From positions 951 through 64,950 of the forward strand of contig JAFYLF010000045.1 in NCBI GenBank assembly GCA_017537195.1: a stretch of 64,000 nucleotides of DNA. Reading direction: 5' to 3'. How positions within the stretch are numbered: the stretch's first letter is position 1; each line of letters opens with the position of its first letter. This document shows positions 9,541 to 16,115 of the stretch, piece after piece. The notes under the pieces were generated by a model. The model made no database searches. It was not told the origin of the DNA and saw nothing but the letters and a program-made list of their open reading frames with translations. The DNA comes from Clostridia bacterium (lineage in GTDB: Bacteria; Bacillota; Clostridia; Oscillospirales; Acutalibacteraceae). The position numbers were made by a program, and so were the translations under genes.

Positions 9541-10494
9541 TTAGTTCCTTTTTCGATATTCTTTGGGAGACATATTATAATTTAGGGTAAAAATTTTGTG
9601 AAAATAACTTGTATTTTCATAGCCTACAGAGGCAGAAATATCTGAGAAACTTTTATTAGTGTTTTTTAGCAAAAATGCAGCTTGGGATAATCGTTTTTCC
9701 TGAATAAGTTGTGTAAATGTTTTCCCGGTTTTTTTTACAATTTCGCGAGATAGCCAACTTTTTTCATAGTGAAAAAGTTGCGATGCCTTTGAAAGAGTTC
9801 CGTTTATATAATTTGTTTCTATGTAATCTAGAATTTTAAATATAGTTGTATCTTCATTTATTTCAGCTATTAACTTGTCCGTATGAAAAATAAGTTGCAT
9901 AAAGATTAGAGCCATAGTCATCTGTAATTGTTTGCGCCTATTAGGAGTCTCGCCCATAACGATGAGAATGAGATTTTCCATTAAATTTTGGGCTTCAGGT
10001 ATGTCTGATATACTATAATGTAAATAACTATTGCTGCTACTGCCGCAAAGGCAGTTTATAAAAAATGTTTTGATGGGGCTTTCTTTTTCTCCTAATGCAT
10101 AAAGAGTATCACTAAAAAAGTGAGGAAGAATGATAAAGTTTACTGCTATATCGTTTTGTTCGGATTTTTTAATACTGTGCTTTATGCCTTGCCCTAAGAA
10201 GAGCATCTCACCTTCGTGTAGTTTGATTTCTTTACCTTCAATAATATGAGTGGCGCTTCCTTGACAAATATAAATTAGTTCTATATAATCGTGGGTGTGT
10301 TCTGGAAAGTCGATAAAACGGGTATGCTTACGCATGGTAATCAACTTACCCTCGTCTAATAGTTTTTTACTATTTATCGTATTTCCTCCGCTTGACATAT
10401 AAATATTACGATCAATTATTTTATTACCATTAAGTATATCTTTTTCTTCGGGGGTAAGCTGTTTCAAATCTGTTAATATCTCAGCTTTAATCAC
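9541..10494 (-). CDS. AraC family transcriptional regulator (cupin sensor + HTH), probable rhamnose regulator
   Basis: 317 aa. N-terminal cupin-like domain (FPEHTHDYIELIYI). C-terminal AraC HTH (YENTSYFHKIFTLNYNMSPKEYRK). GTG start. Sits upstream of rhaBAD on the same strand. Confidence 0.8.
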   Translation of the reverse strand: MIKAEILTDLKQLTPEEKDILNGNKIIDRNIYMSSGGNTINSKKLLDEGKLITMRKHTRFIDFPEHTHDYIELIYICQGSATHIIEGKEIKLHEGEMLFLGQGIKHSIKKSEQNDIAVNFIILPHFFSDTLYALGEKESPIKTFFINCLCGSSSNSYLHYSISDIPEAQNLMENLILIVMGETPNRRKQLQMTMALIFMQLIFHTDKLIAEINEDTTIFKILDYIETNYINGTLSKASQLFHYEKSWLSREIVKKTGKTFTQLIQEKRLSQAAFLLKNTNKSFSDISASVGYENTSYFHKIFTLNYNMSPKEYRKRN

Positions 10495-10769
10495 AATTAC
10501 ACAACCTTTGAAATATGTAAATCTTTATATTTATTTTAACAAAATCAACATATAAATTCAAGAAGTAATTGTTATAGAGTCTCAGATTAAAAATTGTAAT
10601 CATTTAGATTTTTATTTTGTTGGTTATTATAAAACTGACTTTAATATTTTTAGTCTTGGTTTGCCCAAGGTAAACATATCGAATTTTACAAAGTAAAATA
10701 TATCGAATTGCGAAGCAATATATCGTAAAAAATATTTTTAAAAACTAAATTTTGTTTTTTGATATAGTA

Positions 10770-10802
10770 AAACGGATGTGCAGAAATTCTACACATCCGT
10801 TT
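10770..10802 (-). terminator. hairpin terminator candidate closing the thiT transcript
   Basis: AAACGGATGTG / CACATCCGTTT 11-bp stem with an 11-nt loop. The T-run is short, so strength is uncertain. Confidence 0.45.
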
Positions 10803-11009
10803 AGTATTTGTCTTACACCCTGGCAATCGGGGCATTTGGTTGACAAATGTCGCTTGTTAGGGGCGCTAAAAACCCTTGGCCCTCCTCAAAACTAATTGTG
10901 GCCTGAGGTGCAACACAACGGGCGATATTTAAAACTTTTCTTAAGAGCACAGCCCTTAAGAACACGCTTTCAGGTTTACTTGTTTTGTGCGAGAAAACGG
11001 TATATTATC

Positions 11010-11546
11010 CTATTTTTTAAGTCTTTTAAGAGGATATCGTAGCAGACTCATAATAACTATGGCAATTACGGTGTTTGGTAACATATAAAGTGAGTTATAA
11101 ACTACCGAATAAAGCACAGGGTTTGCAAAGGTCATACCCGCAATCTCGGTGGGAACGGTTATCATATAGAGTGTAATACCGCTTATAAAGTGGATTATAA
11201 ATCTTGCAAAGCAACCGGTAAAGGTGGAAAGCTCTATTGCCCACGCTTTTTCTTTAAAGAACCCTGCAAAGCCTACTGCCGCATAAGCTAATACATAGTC
11301 GAGCAAAACGCTGGGGAGTCCCCAACCAATGCCTCCGCCAATAAGGCACTTTAAAAAGCCGAATACTGCGCCTGAAGCGATACCGTATAAAGCACCGTTG
11401 CGGTATGCTAAAATAAAAAGCGGAATCATAACAAGGTCGATATCTCCGCCAAAGGCGGGACCTGGGATTTCAATCGGCATTAAAGCCAATGAGAGCGCAA
11501 TTAAAACAGCGCTTTCGCAGATTTTGTAAAGATGTTTGTTTTTCAT
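11010..11546 (-). CDS. thiT: thiamine transporter ThiT (ECF S-component)
   Basis: Translation from the ATG at 11546 (MKNKHLYKICESAVLIALSLAL...) is a small 6-TM protein resembling ThiT. AAGGAGAAAC RBS. A TPP riboswitch lies directly upstream. The 30-codon extension in the ORF track runs into the leader. Confidence 0.8.
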   Translation of the reverse strand: MKNKHLYKICESAVLIALSLALMPIEIPGPAFGGDIDLVMIPLFILAYRNGALYGIASGAVFGFLKCLIGGGIGWGLPSVLLDYVLAYAAVGFAGFFKEKAWAIELSTFTGCFARFIIHFISGITLYMITVPTEIAGMTFANPVLYSVVYNSLYMLPNTVIAIVIMSLLRYPLKRLKK

Positions 11547-11620
11547 TTTTGTTTCTCCTTTTTTCTTTCTTCTTGCAATTACCTTGAGTTTTAAGATTTC
11601 GCTCACGGAAATACAAAATG

Positions 11621-11648
11621 AAAAAGCCACAGGCAATATACCTGTGGC
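11621..11648 (-). terminator. riboswitch expression-platform terminator
   Basis: Minus strand reads GCCACAGG TATATTG CCTGTGGC TTTTT, between the TPP aptamer and the thiT RBS. Confidence 0.7.
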
Positions 11649-11663
11649 AATACAAACACTGTA

Positions 11664-11754
11664 TTTCCCTACGGCGGCATTATCCGCATCAGGTTATCGG
11701 TCGAAGTCATAGTAAAACGGACTTCCTCTCAGCCTGAGTTTCATCAAGCTCCCT
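11664..11754 (-). promoter_or_regulatory. TPP (THI-box) riboswitch
   Basis: Minus strand contains GGCTGAGAGG ... ACCTGATGCGGATAATGCCGCCGTAGGGAA. This matches the conserved CUGAGA and ACCUGAUCUGGAUAAUGCCAGCGUAGGGA cores of the THI element. Confidence 0.85.
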
Positions 11755-11799
11755 AATTGCAAGGAAATTATAACACTATTATTTTGTGTTGTCAATACA

Positions 11800-12984
11800 T
11801 TATTTTTTATTCATTCCAACATAGCCTGTTTTTTCGATAATATACTGCCCCTCACTCGACAAAATCCAATTTATAAGCTTATCTACATTTTCGTTGGGGT
11901 TACCTTCGTAAGTTACGGCATAGACTGGAGCTATTATGGGGTATGTGTTGCTTCTGATGTTTTCTTTGGTTGGAGCAATGCCGTCAACCGCAATCATTTT
12001 AATGTCGGGGTTGTTGATAATGCCCTCAACATAAAAACGGAAAGAAAAACCGATTGAGGTTGTTTTGTTTTTGTAGTCGGCAACCTCTTCTATAATTCCG
12101 CCCATACCGTCAACCATTGTTTGAGTGTCAGGTTCTATAATGGGGGTGTCGCCCATAAAACGAATGAGCATACTCTGGCTTCCGCTACCTTCATTTCGCT
12201 GAAAGGGGACTATCTTTTCGTTCTTGCCGCCAACTTGCTTCCAGTTTGTAATTTTGCCTGAATAAATACCTTTTATTTGTTGAACAGTAAGGCTTTCTAT
12301 TGGATTATCCTTATGAACAAAGAAAACAAACGCCTCGTATCCTATTTGGGTGTAATCAAAGGTAGTGCCGTTTTTCTCGGCAAAATCAACTTGCTCTTTT
12401 GAGGGGGCGGCGCCTATGAAAATATCCGTACTTTTTTGAGCAAGCAGTTCATAACCGCCTTGAGTATTGTTGTATTCAAACACGCCGTCGTATAGTTCGG
12501 TCGTTTCGGGATATACTGCATTGACAAAGGCAGAATAAACAGGGAAAGCCGCTGTTGCACCGTCGATAATGGGCAATTCTTGTTTTGGAACATTGCAAAA
12601 ATCAAGAATTTCGCTTTTGGTTTTAATTATTTTTGAATTCTCTTCAAATGGGAGATATTCGTGCACATTTATATTCGGTGTAACATCAATGGTTATAGCA
12701 TCGTTATAACTTCTAATACCAAATTGTGTACCCACAAGAATGGCAAAGCATAATATGAATGATATATAAGCGATAAGATATGCCTTTCGCTTTTTAATCC
12801 ATATCAAAGGAATGACAAGCGGAATAAGTAAAAGGCCCATCAAAACAGTTACAGCCCAATAACCGCCAAATGCGAGAAAAATCAACAAATAAATCGAGGC
12901 AAATGGGCAAATCACCCCGATAACCGCTGTCATTAGTATCTTAATGGCTAAATGGGAGTTGTTTAATTTAACAGGTTCTTTCAT
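11800..12984 (-). CDS. PstS-like (type 2 periplasmic binding fold) substrate-binding protein with N-terminal multi-TM anchor
   Basis: ATG at 12984 (MKEPVKL...) follows GGACGGTGG. Three hydrophobic segments are followed by a PBP-like domain (GAAPSKEQVDFA..., QRNEGSGSQSMLIRFMG) reminiscent of PstS-family proteins. The TTG at 13035 in the ORF track is less likely. Confidence 0.6.
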   Translation of the reverse strand: MKEPVKLNNSHLAIKILMTAVIGVICPFASIYLLIFLAFGGYWAVTVLMGLLLIPLVIPLIWIKKRKAYLIAYISFILCFAILVGTQFGIRSYNDAITIDVTPNINVHEYLPFEENSKIIKTKSEILDFCNVPKQELPIIDGATAAFPVYSAFVNAVYPETTELYDGVFEYNNTQGGYELLAQKSTDIFIGAAPSKEQVDFAEKNGTTFDYTQIGYEAFVFFVHKDNPIESLTVQQIKGIYSGKITNWKQVGGKNEKIVPFQRNEGSGSQSMLIRFMGDTPIIEPDTQTMVDGMGGIIEEVADYKNKTTSIGFSFRFYVEGIINNPDIKMIAVDGIAPTKENIRSNTYPIIAPVYAVTYEGNPNENVDKLINWILSSEGQYIIEKTGYVGMNKK

Positions 12985-13144
12985 ATTACCACCGTCCTTT
13001 AATTTAATTGTAGCAGATATTTGAACAAAGCGCAACTTCGTTTTGTGTCTGTTTCACGAACAATGATGTTTTCGCTACGCTCGAAATGATGTTTGCAACC
13101 AAAGTTGCAAAACGATGCCCAGTCCTGCGGACACAAATACAAAC

Positions 13145-13174
13145 AAAAAAGACTTGCTTCAGCAAGTCTTTTTT
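13145..13174. terminator. palindromic terminator
   Basis: AAAAAAGACTTGCT TC AGCAAGTCTTTTTT, downstream of the minus-strand gene 13207-13758. Confidence 0.7.
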
Positions 13175-13206
13175 GTTTGGCTGTTACGAACCATTATGAT
13201 GCCGAC

Positions 13207-13758
13207 TTAAAGTTGGTCTTTTGCGAAATTCTGCTGCTTTTTCTGAATGATTTTAAATACCAACATCAAAATCAAACCTATAATAATAACTGTTAAAGCA
13301 ATCAGTATAGCATAGTATCCAATACCCCATGAATACTTATTATCTGCTATATATACATCTTTTATGATTTTGCTGACAAAAAGGAAAACACCACAAGACA
13401 ATAAATTTCCTATAATTGCTACTATAGGCTTTTTTAATATTATAAACAACATTGTAAATATGGCAAAACTTGCAAACACGATCAAAAAGATGTCAAGTAT
13501 TTTTGCGCCTTCTTCCCCATATATACTTTTTTCAACATTTCTAACAGATATGAAAGTAACATTTTCTAAATCTCCCAAAGTAACATTACTGTCTTTAATT
13601 GCAATGGTGTCTGAATAAGTATTAATGTAGTCAGCTAAGTCTCCAACTGCGGTTATATATGGCAAAAATAAAATAGAAATTGCTAAAACTAAAATCCCAA
13701 CTATTGAAACAATAAACGAAATTAACATTTTGATGTCTCTTGTTTTAATATTACTCAT
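13207..13758 (-). CDS. hypothetical integral membrane protein (183 aa)
   Basis: Four or five hydrophobic helices. GGAGGGATTAATC precedes the ATG. No family recognised. Confidence 0.55.
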   Translation of the reverse strand: MSNIKTRDIKMLISFIVSIVGILVLAISILFLPYITAVGDLADYINTYSDTIAIKDSNVTLGDLENVTFISVRNVEKSIYGEEGAKILDIFLIVFASFAIFTMLFIILKKPIVAIIGNLLSCGVFLFVSKIIKDVYIADNKYSWGIGYYAILIALTVIIIGLILMLVFKIIQKKQQNFAKDQL

Positions 13759-13778
13759 AGATTAATCCCTCCAACATA

Positions 13779-14525
13779 TCAATACGCCGCTTCAGCTAAT
13801 TTTCCTGCAATTCTTAAAAGTTCTGCCGAATACTCTAAAGCTGCATCGGTATCTTCCAATTCCAATTCAATTTCATCGGCTTTTTCGCTCCACTCAGTCA
13901 TTTCTGAGACCATCTCAGTATAATCTGATAAGATTGACATATCTGTTGGATTATCCTTATATTTTTTAACTATTGCAATATAATCGTCAACCCATGCCTC
14001 ATAGTCTTTTAAAAACTGTTTCCATTTTGCATCATCGGTTGAAGATTTTTCCGATTCTGAGGAAGTTGTTTTATCAACCGAGTTATCATCCTTTGATGGA
14101 TCTTCGTTCTCTACACCATCTTTTTTTGGGATTTCTTGACTATTTGATGCTTTTTTTAAATATACTTTATTACCATCAAAATCAAGACAAATCATTTTAT
14201 CAACAATTTCACACTTTTGGACACCTATCATAATATTATTGCCATCATCTGACTTGGACCAATCTCCGGAATCACCATATCCATTAACATAGAGATAGGC
14301 TTCTCCGCCATCCTTTAGAATAAGCAAAAACTCATTTAAGCCCTCGTATAAACTGCTTAAATCTTCATTTGTAGAATTCTTCAATTCTTTAACGGAAAAT
14401 TTTGAACCCTCGTACTCAATGCTATCGACTTTCCAGGTGCCTTCAAAATTATTGTTTTTTGCACCACAAGCGGTTAATGATGTTATCATTATTACTGCGA
14501 GCAGAATTGTTAATATTTTTTTCAT
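13779..14525 (-). CDS. putative lipoprotein (248 aa)
   Basis: MKKILTILLAVIMITSLTACG lipobox signal peptide. Acidic C-terminal helical region. AAAGGAGAAATAGAA RBS region. Confidence 0.6.
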   Translation of the reverse strand: MKKILTILLAVIMITSLTACGAKNNNFEGTWKVDSIEYEGSKFSVKELKNSTNEDLSSLYEGLNEFLLILKDGGEAYLYVNGYGDSGDWSKSDDGNNIMIGVQKCEIVDKMICLDFDGNKVYLKKASNSQEIPKKDGVENEDPSKDDNSVDKTTSSESEKSSTDDAKWKQFLKDYEAWVDDYIAIVKKYKDNPTDMSILSDYTEMVSEMTEWSEKADEIELELEDTDAALEYSAELLRIAGKLAEAAY

Positions 14526-14616
14526 TTCTATTTCTCCTTTTTATCGCCAAATTTACGAATGATTTAGATGGCGAGCAATTGTTTTTTGAGTTAATTCTGT
14601 GCGTCTGTTTTATAAA

Positions 14617-14988
14617 TTATTCTTTTGAGTTAATGTAGTCTTCATATTTAATTCCGCAATGCACACATTCACCATCTGATAGGAAATTATGAGTTCCTAG
14701 TTTATCATCTTTATATGTACCACAGTCTGCACATTTACTAGGTCTTTGGCATGTGGCATCGGACCAATAATGAGTTCCCAACTCATCGTTTTTGTAAGCA
14801 TTACATTCTTCGCACTTTTGTGGTTCTTGACATGTCGCACGATTCCAATCGTGATTTCCGTATTGACTTGCCGGGCAATTTGAAGTGTTTGTTGTTTTGG
14901 ACTGTTCGTTATTTACCGTATTTCCACCGCAAGCAGAAAACGAGAATGGCAAAGTTAATAACAATCCCAACGCCAATAATTTTTTCAT
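14617..14988 (-). CDS. small lipoprotein with three Cys-rich repeats
   Basis: ATG at 14988 (MKKLLALGLLLTLPFSFSACGG) follows GGAGGA. The mature part has repeats H-x-W-x2-3-ATCQxPxKCxxCxxYKxDxLGTH (two full repeats plus one partial). Confidence 0.6.
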   Translation of the reverse strand: MKKLLALGLLLTLPFSFSACGGNTVNNEQSKTTNTSNCPASQYGNHDWNRATCQEPQKCEECNAYKNDELGTHYWSDATCQRPSKCADCGTYKDDKLGTHNFLSDGECVHCGIKYEDYINSKE

Positions 14989-15108
14989 TTTAAAATCCTC
15001 CTTTTTATATCTTGAATAAAACCAAAGCTTCAAGATATGACAATTATACTCAATATTTTAAGTATAGTCAAGAGGTTAAGTATGATAATATTAAAATGGT
15101 GATTAAAA

Positions 15109-15309
15109 ATGATTAGTTACGCGCCGTTTTATGAGACACTTTTTAAAAAAGGAATAACTGAATATAATCTTATTTTTAAACAAGGTTTTTCTGCAAACAC
15201 ATTACACAGAATGAAAAAAGGCGAAGCAATAAACACAAAAACTCTTGACGCTCTTTGTTATGCCCTTGACTGTGAGGTGGGGGATATAATTGAATTTGTA
15301 AAAGAATAG
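15109..15309 (+). CDS. XRE-family helix-turn-helix transcriptional regulator (66 aa)
   Basis: Short Cro/C1-type HTH pattern (ITEYNLIFKQGFSANTLHRMKKGEAINTKTLDALCYALDCEVGDIIEF), as in YozG-like regulators. Confidence 0.7.
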   Translation: MISYAPFYETLFKKGITEYNLIFKQGFSANTLHRMKKGEAINTKTLDALCYALDCEVGDIIEFVKE

Positions 15310-15343
15310 CACCCGACTTTATTTAGAATCGGGTGCTGTTTTT
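15308..15343 (+). terminator. rho-independent terminator
   Basis: AGCACCCGA ... TCGGGTGCT stem followed by GTTTTTATTT. It overlaps the stop codon of the XRE gene. Confidence 0.7.
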
Positions 15344-15409
15344 ATTTCAGTCGTTCAGATTCACCTTTACGGAGATTTTATATTTCGTCTGCGAAGCAGA
15401 CACCGAACT

Positions 15410-15530
15410 TCTTCACTATTCACTATTACTTATTACTTTCCAAAAATCCTCGTATTTAAGAGAAAAGTGAAGAGTGAAGAGGTAAGAGTGAAAAAGTAAA
15501 AATCCCCGTTCTTACGAACGAGGATTTTTG
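15410..15530 (-). repeat. terminator-linked intergenic repeat, copy B (inverted relative to copy A)
   Basis: Reverse complement aligns with 447-565. The 31-nt block at 15410-15440 is identical. Its hairpin module is the tRNA-Tyr terminator. Confidence 0.8.
15498..15528 (-). terminator. rho-independent terminator after tRNA-Tyr
   Basis: Minus strand reads CCTCGTTC GTAA GAACGGGG (8 bp including one G-U) followed by ATTTTT. Confidence 0.7.
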
Positions 15531-15613
15531 GTGGGAGCGGGTGGATTCGAACCACCGAAGTCGAAGACAACAGATTTACAGTCTGCCCCCTTTGGCCACT
15601 CGGGAACACTCCC
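15529..15613 (-). tRNA. tRNA-Tyr (anticodon GTA), CCA encoded
   Basis: Minus strand reads GGGAGTGTTCCCGAGTGGCCAAAGGGGGCAGACTGTAAATCTGTTGTCTTCGACTTCGGTGGTTCGAATCCACCCGCTCCCACCA. It has a long variable arm and is near-identical in layout to E. coli tRNA-Tyr. Confidence 0.95.
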
Positions 15614-15632
15614 ATATTTAATTTTAACATTT

Positions 15633-15679
15633 TTCGAGTCCGATTAAAGACTCATATACGCTGGAGCTGGTGGACGGAC
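15633..15679 (-). repeat. orphan copy of tRNA-Thr 3' end (18 nt) plus its 29-nt downstream flank
   Basis: 47 nt, 46 identical to 15788-15834 (single A/G difference). No 5' tRNA half is attached. Confidence 0.9.
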
Positions 15680-15787
15680 GCAATCTTTTCTACGAAAAGT
15701 TTGCCGTGCTCGCAAGGAGTTACTCGCACTTCGCACCTAAAAACATCACACCGTGATGTTTTCTAAACGGTGCTCACCCTCTCAGGC

Positions 15788-15834
15788 TTCGAGTCCGATT
15801 AAAGACTCATATGCGCTGGAGCTGGTGGACGGAC
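15788..15834 (-). repeat. master copy of the 47-nt repeat (3' 18 nt of tRNA-Thr + 29-nt flank)
   Basis: Direct repeat of 15633-15679, period 155 nt. Confidence 0.9.
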
Positions 15835-15892
15835 TCGAACCCCCGACCTGCTGATTACAAATCAGCTGCTCTACCAACTGAGCTACACCAGC
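15817..15892 (-). tRNA. tRNA-Thr (anticodon TGT), CCA encoded
   Basis: Minus strand reads GCTGGTGTAGCTCAGTTGGTAGAGCAGCTGATTTGTAATCAGCAGGTCGGGGGTTCGAGTCCGTCCACCAGCTCCA. Clean cloverleaf except for a G-G mismatch in the middle of the T-stem. Confidence 0.9.
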
Positions 15893-16115
15893 ATTTTTCA
15901 AGCGCCTAAATAATATACCACACTTATAGCACCTTGTCAAGCAATATTTTTATTTTTTTGAAGATTTTTTCTTGGGAAAACATAATCACTATTTGCATAT
16001 TTTAAATAAAAAATGCAAGTAATATTACAATTATGTAATAAAAAACATTTTTTCTTGCAAAAAATGTAAATTTAGTGTATAATGTTTTTGTTAATATTTT
16101 AAAAGGAGAATTATT

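Noticed and set aside
10803-11009. Known housekeeping RNAs (6S, SRP/4.5S, RNase P, tmRNA) downstream of thiT
   Set aside because: None of the diagnostic cores was found on either strand (GGAAGCAGCC-type SRP domain IV, GAGGAAAGTCC of RNase P, the tmRNA tag-reading-frame/tRNA-like end). No long 5'/3' closing helix typical of 6S could be drawn. It is kept only as an unnamed candidate.
15433-15630. 65-aa minus-strand ORF
   Set aside because: It is the translation of tRNA-Tyr and its terminator/repeat, not a protein gene.
15633-15834. Integrated prophage or genomic island at tRNA-Thr
   Set aside because: Only 108 nt lie between the direct repeats, and no integrase, excisionase or phage genes occur within the window. 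It is reported only as an unexplained duplication or scar.
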